64,000 bases of DNA from Nemertoderma westbladi (Eukaryota; Animalia; Xenacoelomorpha), in the NCBI GenBank assembly GCA_032718475.1, contig JAUCBJ010001860.1, forward strand, positions 1 to 64,000, written 5' to 3'. Positions within the stretch are counted from its first letter, which is position 1; each line of letters begins with the position of its first letter. This document shows, in pieces, positions 27,332-38,545 of the stretch. Below the pieces are notes generated by a model. That model had not been told where the DNA came from. It ran no database searches and saw only the letters and a program-made list of their open reading frames with translations. The translations under genes and the position numbers were made by a program.

Positions 27332-27728
27332 ATATATATGTATAATTGTATATGTAGGGGAGAGTAAGGAGGGTTGAACCAAAATTTAAAAAAATTGATT
27401 TATTCCGTTCCACATCGTAGCTTCAAGCTGAAATTGCATAAATAAATAAAACAATCTATTCCGCATCTATTGGAATACATATTAAGGTGCTACAATCATG
27501 TATTATATGAGATAAAAGCGTTTTCCCGGCCGAGTTTTCTGGTTAACGCCTCCTACCCCGTATATAGGAGGCTTGAATCAGGGGGTTAGGAGGGTTGTAC
27601 CATAGAAGCAATGTCATCAAATGAAATTATGTCAATGAAAATTAGACTCTCTGTATGTTTGTTTGTCTGTGTGTTTGTCTGCCAATGACATTTCACTTTT
27701 GTCAAATAATTCATTTTACAAGTATTAA

Positions 27729-28788
27729 TTAGGAGCCCGCTTGACAGCGGGATACTTACTGTAAGAATCTCAGGGATACTTTCTGTAAAAAATCTCAGGA
27801 TACATTACACTGACTGACATACTGACTGACTGACATTTATCTAGGTTAAGGCACTTCCTGCCTGGCGATTTTGATGAAATTTTGCAAGTACATTGCTTTG
27901 GTGGTTCATAATCGCGTTACAAAATTTCAGATCGATTCTATGTGTGGTATTCGATATATTTAGTTTTTTGACATTGTTTTGTCGCGAAATTAAAAGCAAT
28001 GGTAAAATAACAGCTGGTGTTCATGATGAAATATGGCTTAATATGTTATACACAGTCATAGAAAAACGTGTTGGTTGCCAAGTTTTACTAGTAGGCTATA
28101 AGGAAAGGCAATGTTTACTCACACATAAGCTGTTGGTTTCTAATGTATTACCCCATAAGCTGATTGCTCTCCCAGTGCTTCCTAAGGGTATATCTACAAT
28201 AAGGTTACTCACTCTGCTATGTTAGGGGGTGGATCAGGAGAATGAATTTTAGTTACACAAAGCAGTGTGTTGTGTCCTATTGCAGTCGATACTCACTGTG
28301 GATTGCAAAATGTTTTATAGTTGACCTACACTATAATACAGTAGTTGCATGTATTTAAGGAGCCCGCTCTGGCCTACCGCCTAAGGAGTACCTATATTAC
28401 ATATTCACATAGAATTCACTGGGAAGAGATATTCCGCTTGACGACGGGGTAATACCTATAGAAGGAAACTAAATTTGTTATTTGGCTCTATTCGTTGTTA
28501 TTTATCTGGTTGTGCATCATGGGCATTTTTTATAAATATTCGGTAATCGCATCTTATATCTTGTAAACGTTCTTGATAATGAAATTATTTGCTTCATATT
28601 ATATTTTTGTTAGTGGTAGCTAAGTTGCCTTTTTTATTATGTGGGGCGAGCCACAAAGTCAGCTAGCCTCACGCCTTGCAGTTTAGACAATTTTAGTTTA
28701 CTTACTGCTGACTGACATAGTTCTTTGTAATAGTCTTGGCTAGGATTTTTCCCCCGGGTTCCTTCCAGCCAGCTTGCTGGCTTTCTAG
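27729..28788 (+). mobile_element. Helentron-type non-autonomous element (HINE/DINE-1-like), tandem copy 1
   Basis: 5' AGGAGCCCG subTIR with CCCGCT/AGCGGG hairpin, and a (CTGA) microsatellite. 3' CGGGTTCCT, GCCAGC-TT-GCTGGC hairpin and terminal CTAG. Confidence 0.75.
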
Positions 28789-29847
28789 TTAGGAGCCCGC
28801 TTGACAGCGGGATACTTACTGTAAGAATCTCAGGGATACTTTCTGTAAAAATCTCAGGATACATTGCACTGACTGACATACTGACTGACTGACATTTATC
28901 TAGGTTAAGGCACTTCCTGCCTGGCGATTTTGATGAAATTTTGCAAGTACATTGCTTTGGTGGTTCATAATCGCGTTACAAAATTTCAGATCGATTCTAT
29001 GTGTGGTATTCGATATATTTAGTTTTTTGACATTGTTTTGTCGCGAAATTAAAAGCAATGGTAAAATAACAGCTGGTGTTCATGATGAAATATGGCTTAA
29101 TATGTTATACACAGTCATAGAAAAACGTGTTGGTTGCCAAGTTTTACTAGTAGGCTATAAGGAAAGGCAATGTTTACTCACACATAAGCTGTTGGTTTCT
29201 AATGTATTACCCCATAAGCTGATTGCTCTCCCAGTGCTTCCTAAGGGTATATCTACAATAAGGTTACTCACTCTGCTATGTTAGGGGGTGGATCAGGAGA
29301 ATGAATTTTAGTTACACAAAGCAGTGTGTTGTGTCCTATTGCAGTCGATACTCACTGTGGATTGCAAAATGTTTTATAGTTGACCTACACTATAATACAG
29401 TAGTTGCATGTATTTAAGGAGCCCGCTCTGGCCTACCGCCTAAGGAGTACCTATATTACATATTCACATAGAATTCACTGGGAAGATATATTCCGCTTGA
29501 CGACGGGGTAATACCTATAGAAGGAAACTATATTTGTTATTTGGCTCTATTCGTTGTTATTTATCTGGTTGCGCATCATGGGCATTTTTTATAAATATTC
29601 GGTAATCGCATCTTATATCTTGTAAACGTTCTTGATAATGAAATTATTTGCTTCATATTATATTTTTGTTAGTGGTAGCTAAGTTGCATTTTTTATTATG
29701 TGGGGCGAGCCACAAAGTCAGCTAGCCTCACGCCTTGCAGTTTAGACAATTTTAGTTTACTTACTGCTGACTGACATAGTTCTTTGTAATAGTCTTGGCT
29801 AGGATTTTTCCCCCGGGCTCCTTCCAGCCAGCTTGCTGGCTTTCTAG
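28789..29847 (+). mobile_element. Helentron-type non-autonomous element, tandem copy 2
   Basis: Near-identical 1059-bp head-to-tail copy. Perfect CGGGCTCCT subTIR, 3' hairpin and CTAG|T end. Confidence 0.75.
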
Positions 29848-30283
29848 TATAGAAGTAGTTTGCTTTTAGCTGACATCCGATAGAAATAAGATAAATAAAA
29901 CGATATGTTAGCCAGTTTTCATTAATTATATTGTATAAAAATGGTTTAATTATGTTTATTAGATATTACAAATAAATAAATAATATATATATACAGTAAA
30001 AAAGCTCATTTATTATTATTAATATTAAAATACCGAATGCATTTCGCGTTGGCTCTTCAGCGGTAAAAATATTGTGTAGCTTTCTTACTGTTCAAAGGGT
30101 GAGTTATATAAGTCTCCTTTCTTTCAGTGGGGCCAATAATGTGGAATTCCCCCAAATTTAGTTTGAATGGTATAATGTACTTCTTTGTTGTTCTTTGAAC
30201 TTCACATTGAGTTAATTATTGTTTATTTAGTTCAATTATAGGTAATTGGGTGCGTTTATTATTCTCCCCCCTCGAGTGCCTAT

Positions 30284-30625
30284 AGCCTGTCAGGTACCCA
30301 GCAAACTCCACCCGCGACAAAGCTTCGCGACCGTCCAATCTTCGCCCGGAGCAAACTTCGCCCTCAAAATGAGTAACTATCGCCCGGCGGAAACCTTAGC
30401 CCGCGGGACATCTTCCCCCGCGAGCAACCTTCGCCCACTAAATAATTATTGTTTTGGTTAGAAAAAGCCGTCTCTGTAACCTGCTCCTTTCCCTCAATTG
30501 GTAACAGCATCGTTTATTGTTTAGGTTAGAAAAATCGGTCTCTGTAACCTGCTCCTTTCCTTAAATTGGTAACTAAAATGTTCACTAACACAAATCGTAT
30601 TGGGCGAAGGTTGCACCCAACCGTC
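30284..30625. repeat. Small MITE-like repeat with iterated CTTCGCCC motifs
   Basis: Several (C)TTCGCCC motifs, an inverted GGGCGAAG at ~30602, and a duplicated CTCTGTAACCTGCTCCTTTCC. A related inverted stretch lies at ~50704-50760. Confidence 0.4.
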
Positions 30626-31249
30626 AGTAGCTCTGGTTAGGACTCACTATGAACATCTTCCGACTCTGCCTATACCGTTATCTTCTACCTGTCACCACGT
30701 ATTCACAAGTGGTTCAACCCTCCTACCCATCCATCAGAAGTGGTTCAACCCCCCTACCCCTTCCCAATGATTCCAGCCTCCCACACTACTCCATTTTTTG
30801 AAAAATGCTTTGTGTATGAGAAGTGCAGACCAGTGACGTAATCATCCATACCTAATTTTGAATCTGATTAATTTCTCCACCAGAAAAGTATCACATTTAT
30901 TGGTGAATTGTCAAATCAATTAGATGGGATTGATCCAAAACAGAGAAGTATCACTTCTAGAAAACAAGAGTGGGAAAAGCATACTTTCCTTCATATCAAA
31001 GCAGCATGTAGGCCTAGGCTAGAGTTGGACTAAATACAACAAGCTGCACAAGTAGGTGCAGTTTTAAATTGTCTATCTAATGGTGTGTCCATGGAAACGC
31101 CAAACCCATGCATTCTCCTTTAAATAGCATTGATTCACTCCTCTTCACGGTTCAACCCTCCCTGATCTCCCCTATATATATTGCAGCTGCTATGCAGCAT
31201 CCCGATATCAGTACTGTCGTGGATAGATAGTAGATGGTGGTATTTAACA

Positions 31250-33002
31250 GAGGATCTTGTGGTGGGGACATAGTCCCGACTCAAACAGACTACAGCGGCC
31301 AAGAATGCAGTTAAGGCTGCATCTAGGTCCCTGAACAGGCAGTACTCTGCTAATCTACAGGAGCTAATAAACCAACAGGTTGATGCCATCAATGATGCTG
31401 ACGACAGCAGGCAATCATCCCAGGCATGGAAATCGATCAACTCTGCTTACTGGGCGAAAAAGCCAACCAACCACCAAGGTTAAGGCTGAATCACCAGCCG
31501 ATCGCCTCAATGGTTGGAAAGCCCACTTTGAAAAGCTCCTCAATAATGACAGGGTATTGTCTGATAACTTTATAGAAGTAAAAGTGTCTGAGTCTGTACT
31601 CCCAGATATTCCCATTGGTGATATCTCCTTTGCAGAAGTGAAGGCTGCTGCAAAGAGCATTAAGACCAATCGTGCCAGTGGAGTAGATGGTGTTCCCCCT
31701 GAGGTCTTTAAAATACCTGAGTGTTTAAAGCTCATCTATCCCATCATAGTAGACATGTACCGAACAACAAGAGTCCCACAAGAAATGAAAACAAATAAGT
31801 TGGTGCCAGTTCCCAAGAAGGGCAACCTAACACTCTACGGTTCTTTTCGGGGAATCTCATTGATCTCGATTGCTGCAAAGCTATACAATAGGATTCTATT
31901 AAATCGCATCAGGGATCCCATTGAGAGACTGCTCCGTGGAAATCAGAATGGGTTCCGTAAAGGTCGTGGGACCATGGAGCCCATTTTGGCACTTAGAAGG
32001 ATAATTGAAGAGTTATCAAAAAAGAAAGACAGGCATCTGGCTGTTATCTTTGTTGACTTCTTCAAGGCCTTTGATTCAGTCTCTCGCTCACGTATGTTCA
32101 GCATACTTTCATTATATGGGATTCCTGATGAAATTATTGCAGCAATCAGATCAGTATACGATGGTTCGACAACATTTGTGTCTACTGTTGACGGTGACAC
32201 AGAACCATTTGAAGTGTTATGGGGCGTCCTCCAAGGAGACACACTTGCACCATTCTTGTTCATTATTGTGGTTGACTATGTTCTACGCATGTCCTTAGAT
32301 CATTATAATGATGATGGGGTGATGATAACTCCACCTACTGGCTCCAGAAGTCGAGGAAATCCTGCCAAGTACCTAACTGATCTAGACTTTGCTGATGACT
32401 TAGGAGTACTCTCAGAATCATTAGAGGGAGCCCAACGGCTCCTCAGCTCATTAGAACATGCTGCTTCTAGTGTTGGTCTTTTTATTAACTCCAGAAAGAC
32501 CAAAATTCTGACAGTTAACTTTGAAAGTCCTCAGCAAGTCTCTGATCGGATGAGCATAAGCTCAAAGGATGGTATGCTTGAGCATGTGGACGACTTCTGT
32601 TACCTGGGATCATGGATCCGGAAGTCAGGTGAGGACCTTCGAATACGTAAGGGAAAGGCATGGGCAGCCTTGAATAGGCTTTCCAGGATTTGGAAGTCAC
32701 CGAGAATTAATCGGAAACTTAAGGTCCGATTATTTAGAGCAGCAGTAGTTCCAGTACTCCTCTACGGGAGTCCATGCTGGGCTCTAACTGCTGAGGACAC
32801 CAAATCTCTGGATGGCACATTCACAAGAATGCTACGCCGGGTTCATTGTGTCAAGTACAATGCACACATCTCCAATCAGACACTATATAACATTGGAGGT
32901 GTCTCATTGGTTCCCCCAAGCTTGACACTAGAACAAAATCGCCTCCGCTTTGCAGGACATTGCTTTCGCCGTGAGGACCAGCCAGTGCATAATCTTGTAC
33001 TA
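31250..33002 (+). pseudogene. RTE-like LINE fragment with an open RT domain (5'- and 3'-truncated)
   Basis: ORF 31380-33107 has FRGISL, DFFKAFDSV, GVLQGDTLAPFLF, LDFADD and FCYLGS. There is a frameshift near 31445 and homology to the other copies ends at ~33002. Confidence 0.9.
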
Positions 33003-33336
33003 CTGTATATACAACAGCTTAACACCATGCAAACACAGGGAAGAAGTTTTAACCAATATTCTCCTTTTAAAAGGCTATTGGAAGTTTACAACATTATAAA
33101 GGTCTAACTGAGATAGCGATAATCTTATTGTGGTACTGGTTCCGGTGGAGTTAAGACACGGAAAAGAATGAAAATATATGACGTCTTTTTAGCTTGCAAC
33201 TTCCCCTGATGATTTGCTTTGCCCGGTTTCAATTTGTTACGCCCTATATTTAATAATGTTACTTGTGTTCCAGCAATAGTTTACTGGGTTTGATCTAATT
33301 GAAATGAATGAATAATATAAAATTATCCCAACTTAC

Positions 33337-33462
33337 CGTCATACTGGTACTGCGGTCCAATATTAAATAAATTATTTGGCCAGTTGTCGGTTGAAGTAAC
33401 TTAAATGTTGGTTCAGTGTCCACAGTTTCATCAGACGGTATAGGGTTGTTACCAAGAAAATC
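33337..33462 (-). CDS. CLCA: CLCA-like gene exon (start of vWA, MIDAS DxSxS)
   Basis: ttcag|DFLGNNPIP...EPTFKLLQPTTGQIIYLILDRSTSMT|gtaag. 126 nt. Confidence 0.9.
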
Positions 33463-33534
33463 CTGAAAATAAATTATTTGCTGATTGTATATGCTTTGTA
33501 GATAAATAACTTACAGCCTTTAGGAACTCTGGAT

Positions 33535-35275
33535 ATTAGAATACGTGTAAAAGTGTTAATTTATTAGAATACGTGTAAAAGTGCTAATTTATTAGAATAC
33601 GTGTAAAAGTGCTAATTTATTAGAATACGTGTAAAAGTGGTGATTTATTCGAATAAGTGTAAAAATTCTAATTTGTTAGAATACGTGTAAAAGTGCTGAA
33701 TTATTAGAATATGTGTAAAGTTCTAATTTATTAGAATACGTGTAAAGGTGATGATTTATTAAAACATGTGTAAAGAGCTGTCTCATTACAAAACGTGTAA
33801 AAGAGCTGATTTATTAGAATACATTAAAAATGCTAATTTATTAGAATACGTGTAAAAGTGCTAATTTATTAGAACATGTGTAAAATAGCTGATTTATTAG
33901 AATACGTGTAAAAATGCTGATTTATTAGAATATGTGTAAAAGTGATGATTTATTAAAACATGTGTAAAAGAGCTTTTTCATTAGAATACGTGTTAAAGTG
34001 CTTATTTATTAGAATATGTGTAAAAGAGATGACTTATTAGAATACGTGTAAAAGAGCTTTTTCATTAGAATACGTGTAAAAGTGCTGATTTATTAGAATA
34101 AGTGTAAAAGTGATGATTTATTAGAATATGTGTAAAAGAGCTGATTTATTAGAATACGTGTAGAAGTGCTTTTTCATTAGAATACGTGTAAAAGTGCTTA
34201 TTTATTAGAATATGTGTAAAAGAGATGACTTATTAGAATACGTGTAAAAGAGCTTTTTCATTAGAATACGTGTAAAAGTGCTTATTTATTAGAATATGTG
34301 TAAAAGAGATGACTTATTAGAATACGTGTAAAAGTGCTGATTTATTAGAATAAGTGTAAAAGTGATGATTTATTAGAATATGTGTAAAAGAGCTGATTTA
34401 TTAGAATACGTGTAGAAGTGCTGATTTATTAGAATAAGTGTAAATGGCTCATTTATTAGAATACGTGTAAAAATACTAATTTATTAGAATACCTGTAAAA
34501 GTGCTAATTTATTAGAATATGTGTAAAAGAGCTGATTTTTTAGAATACGTGTAAAAATGCTAATTTATTAGAATACCTGTAAAAGTGCTAATTTATTAGA
34601 ATATGTGTAAAATAGCATATTTAATAGAGTACGTGTACGTGTAAAAGTGCTGATTTATTAGAATAAGTGTAAAAGTGATGATTTATTAGAATATGTGTGA
34701 AAGAGAGCTGATTTATTAGAATACGTATAGAAGTGCTAATTCATTAGAATAAGTGTAAATTGCTAATTTATTAGAATACGTGTAAAAATACTAATTTGTT
34801 AGAATACGTGTAAAAGTGCTGAATTATTAGAATATGCGTAATGTGCTGATTTATTAGAATACGTGTAAAAGTGCTGAATTATTAGAATATGCGTAATGTG
34901 CTGATTTATTAGAAAACGTGTAAAAGTTCTGATTTATTAGAATAAGTGTAAAAGTGCTGATTTATTAGAATAAGTGTAAGTTGCTAATTTATTAGAATAC
35001 CTGTAAAAGTGCTAATTTATAAGAATATGTGTAATAGAGCTGACTTATTAGAATACGTGTAAAAGTGCTGATTGATTAGAATAGTGTAAAACTGACGATT
35101 TATTAGAATAAGTGCAAAAGTGCTCATTTATTAGAATGCGTACAAAAATGCTAATTTATTAGAATATGTGTAAAAGTGCTAAATTATTAGAATACGTGTA
35201 AAAGTGCAGATTTATTAGAATACTTGTAATATTGCTGATTTATTAGAATACGTGTAAAAGTCGTGATGATTTATT
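33535..35275. repeat. Degenerate 28-bp minisatellite (~60 copies)
   Basis: Consensus TTATTAGAATACGTGTAAAAGTGCTAAT. Confidence 0.95.
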
Positions 35276-35277
35276 AC

Positions 35278-36534
35278 GGTTGGACTTACCTTTTGGAACT
35301 CCATAACATCGCAGGAGGCCCCCCTGCCCCCCAGTGGTTCATCTCGTTTGGGCCCCCGGTTGGACTTACCTTATGGAATGCCATAACATCCCAGGAGACG
35401 GCCCCCCTGCCCCCCAGTGGTTCATCTCGTTTGTGCCCCCGGTTGGACTTACCTTATGGAATTCCATAACATCCCAGGAGGCGGCCCCCCTGCCCCCCAG
35501 TGGTTCATCTCGTTTGGGCCCCCGGTTGGACTTACCTTATGGAATTCCATAACATCCCAGGAGACGGCCCCCCTGCCCCCCAGTGGTTCATCTCGTTTGG
35601 ACCCCCGGTTGGACTTACCTTATGGAATTCCATAACATCCCAGGAGGCGGCCCCCCTGCCCCCCAATGGTTCATCTCGTTTGGGCCCCCGGTTGGACTTA
35701 CCTTATGGAATTCCATAACATCCCAGGAGGCGGCCCCCCTGCCCCCCCAGTGGTTCATCTCGTTTGGGCCCCCGGTTGGACTTACCTCGTGTTATGGTGT
35801 TACGTGTAATGGTATGCTTGAGCATGTGGACGACTTCTGTTACCTGGGATAATGGATCCGGAAGTCAGGTGAGGACATTGGAATACGTAAGGGAAAAGCA
35901 TGGGCAGCCTTGAATGGGCTTTCCGGGATTTGGAAGTCACCGAGAATTAATCGGAAACTTAAGGTCCGATTATTTAGAGCAGCAGCAGTTCCAGTACTCC
36001 TCTATGCGAGTCCATGCTGGGCTCTAGCTGCTGAGGACACCAAATCTCTGGATGGCACATTCACGGGAATGCTACGCCGAGTTCATTGTGTCAAGTACAA
36101 TGCACACATCTCCAACCAGACACTATATAAGATTGGAGGTGTCTCATTGGTACCCCCAAGCTTGACACTAGAACAAAATCGCCTCCGCTTTGCAGGACAT
36201 TGCTTTCGCCGTGAGGACCAACCAGTGCATAATCTTGTACTTTGGCAGCCTCATGGAGTGGATAAGCATGGTGGACAGCCCATGACTTTCTTGAGACGCA
36301 TCTTAAAGGACACTGGCCTTGAAGATGCGGATGATCTAGCAAATGTCATGGGTGATAGGGAGTTGTGACGGTGCAATTTTGTCGATAAGCCGGCACAGCA
36401 TTCTTAAAAATGCAGCTGCAATGCAGCATGCCGATCCTAGTAGTGGACTTACCTTATGGAATTCCATAACATCCCAGGAGGCGGCCCCCTGCCCCCCAAT
36501 GTTTCATCTCGTTTGGGCCCCCGGTTGGACTTAC
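35278..36534 (-). repeat. 83-bp tandem array derived from a CLCA exon end plus splice donor, interrupted by a LINE
   Basis: Minus-strand unit ...CCTGGGATGTTATGGAATTCCATAAG|GTAAGTCCAACCGGGGGCCC... matches the 3' end and donor of exon 36535-36657. Confidence 0.93.
35788..36443 (+). mobile_element. 5'-truncated RTE-like LINE with (TAG)n tail
   Basis: Near-identical to 32570-33000 plus the family 3' end. 11-bp TSD TGGACTTACCT at 35777-35787 and 36444-36454. Confidence 0.9.
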
Positions 36535-36657
36535 CTTATGGAATTCCATAACATCCCAGGCGGCGGCCCCCCTGCACCGGTCGTTCATCTGATTAGGGGC
36601 TTCCGGGTTGTGGTAGCCGTCTGGGAAATCGGGATCCGAGTGGCAGAATTGCGATAT
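36535..36657 (-). CDS. CLCA: CLCA-like gene exon (Cys-rich part of the N-terminal domain)
   Basis: tag|ISQFCHSDPDFPDGYHNPEAPNQMNDRCRGAAAWDVMEFHK|gtaag. Matches the CLCA 'FC...HNxEAPNxQN..C...WDVI' motif. Confidence 0.92.
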
Positions 36658-36845
36658 CTACAAACAAACATTCAATTCGCTAATAATTAGTAATATATTC
36701 TACGAGAACTCCATAAGATAAACGGCAAACTGAACTTTGAAATGTCGACCAACTGAACTATTCGTAATATTTAAAATTTCAAACAATATAATTATTAATT
36801 TAAATGAAACACAAGCTTAGTGTAAGATATTTAAATGGAACCCAC

Positions 36846-37001
36846 CCCAGGTATAAACTCCATAAACATCATAGAAGCCGTGGCGGTATTCTCGTCTTCT
36901 TTCATCGAAGAAATGAATCGACATCCTTTCTCGGGAAGATTCGTGTTCGGATCAATCTCGCAGTCCTCATAAGTTTGGTAATGCTTGTGTGTACCCTTCA
37001 C
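36846..37001 (-). CDS. CLCA: CLCA-like gene exon
   Basis: tag|VKGTH...CEIDPNTNLPEKGCRF...TATASMMFMEFIPG|gtggg. 156 nt. Confidence 0.9.
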
Positions 37002-37098
37002 CTACAAAAGTAATAAACAATGGTTTATAGTGCCGGTAGGTTTACAGTAGTAGACTTCTCAGAAAGGAGTATATTTATTGGAATGAGGTGTAACTTAC

Positions 37099-37226
37099 CT
37101 CCAGACTGCACCGTGTAGCTTGTAACTCCCCATCCGAGTCGATGTAGAAATGTTGACCATTAGGTAATGGGTATTCGTCAAATAGACCCCATCGTAAATG
37201 TCCCCATTCGTGTACTAAAACTTTAC
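37099..37226 (-). CDS. CLCA: CLCA-like gene exon with the zinc metalloprotease HExxH motif
   Basis: tag|(G)KVLVHEWGHLRWGLFDEYP...ATRCSLE|gtaag. This is the CLCA signature HEWxHLRWGxFDEY. Confidence 0.95.
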
Positions 37227-37305
37227 CTAAATACAGTATATAGTAATTAAGTTATGAGTAAACACTTAAATCAGCACTCAGGTTATAATTTTCTGTATTA
37301 TCCGT

Positions 37306-37721
37306 AATGTTTCAGACAATATAACCAAACTTACCCAGGTCTCCCCACAATGTTTCAGACAATAAAAACAAACTTACCCAGGTCTCCCCACAATGTTTCA
37401 GACAATATAACCAAACTTACCCAGGTCTCCCCACAATGTTTCAGACAATATAACCAAACTTACCCAGGTCTCCCCACAATGTTTCAGACAATATAACCAG
37501 ACTTACCCAGGTCTCCCCACAATGTTTCAGACAATATAACCAGACTTACCCAGGTCTCCCCACGATGTTTCAGACAATATAACCAAACTTACCCAGGTCT
37601 CCCCACAATGTTTCAGACAATATAACCAAACATACCCAGGTCTCCCCACAATGTTTCAGACAGTATAACCAAACTTACCCATGTCTCCCCACAATGTTTC
37701 AGACAATATAACCAAACTTAC
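37306..37721 (-). repeat. 43-bp tandem array derived from a CLCA exon end plus splice donor
   Basis: Minus-strand unit TTATATTGTCTGAAACATTGTGGGGAGACCTGG|GTAAGTTTGG matches the end of exon 37722-37838. About 10 copies. Confidence 0.95.
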
Positions 37722-37838
37722 CCAGGTCTCCCCACAATGTTTCCGACAATATAATGTCCTGAAGGAATTGCGGCGTAAAATGAAGATACTCTCCCGGGAC
37801 GGCGCATCCGTCAGGTTGTTTTACGTAAGGGTTGTCAC
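37722..37838 (-). CDS. CLCA: CLCA-like gene exon
   Basis: cag|(G)DNPYVKQPDGCAVPGEYLHFTPQFLQDIILSETLWGDL G|gtaag. Matches CLCA 'DxPYTxQ..CG..GxYIHFTP'. Confidence 0.93.
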
Positions 37839-38035
37839 CTGTGAATTATAATAAAGTAATTAATAGGCCTAATATAGAATGATAAAAGTGATACATCATC
37901 GTGGTGACAATTGACAAACAGAATAATGTCACAGAATAAGTGAACTAAAAAACAAGAGACTTTATATTTGTTTCAGACACCAGATTATTATATACGGTAG
38001 GCCCTAAGCCGAGGATGCTGCTCATTGTTCATAAC

Positions 38036-38545
38036 ATAAGAATACACGAAGTGGGGACTTCGCGCAGCACGAAGTTGGCAGAGCCTTAGCGAATTGACAC
38101 TGTTAGTGGGTAGGTCAATTTATGCAAATAGTCACGTTGGCCCTCTAGCGGCAGACTGGAGAACTGCAGATGGATTCGCCTCCTTTGAAAGTCACAGCTA
38201 ATGGTCTAATACATATCTGCCAAGTTTCAGCTTGAACGGATTAAAAGCAAAGAAATGGGAGGGCATTTAATGTTTAGACATGTGGCCCTCTAGCGGGAGA
38301 CCATTGCACTGATGGTGTCTGAAAGTCTCTCAAAAATCTCAACTTTTGCTCATATTGATACCTACAAATTTTCAACTTGGCAGCTTTAAATCCGACAAAG
38401 TTATTAGCATGTCAAAATCGTAACGACGACGACAACGACGACGACGACAACGACGACGACGACGACGACGACAACTATTTGCATAAATTGACCCACCCCC
38501 TAACAGTGTCAATTCGCTAAGGCTCCGCCAACTTCGTGGCTCGCC
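38036..38545. mobile_element. Short element with ~65-bp inverted repeats, terminal hairpin and (GAC)n microsatellite (MITE or HINE-like)
   Basis: Inverted-repeat arms at 38068-38132 and 38474-38538. CGAAGT-GGGG-ACTTCG hairpin at ~38047. (GAC)n at 38424-38472. Confidence 0.65.

Larger units (their letters stand above)
27357..31172. mobile_element. Non-autonomous TIR DNA transposon (Tc1/mariner-pogo-like) carrying nested elements
   Basis: Left end TA|GGGGAGAGTAAGGAGGGTTGAACC; right end GGTTCAACCCTCCCTGATCTCCCC|TA. Subterminal copies at ~27582, 30710 and 30741. It splits the LINE 3' end. Confidence 0.75.

Noticed and set aside
27893-29284. Duplicated 110-aa ORF
   Set aside because: It starts with TTG, has no recognisable motif, and is identical only because the host element is duplicated.
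35263-35852. Series of 68-89 aa ORFs
   Set aside because: Frame-rotating translations of the 83-bp repeat on the antisense strand.
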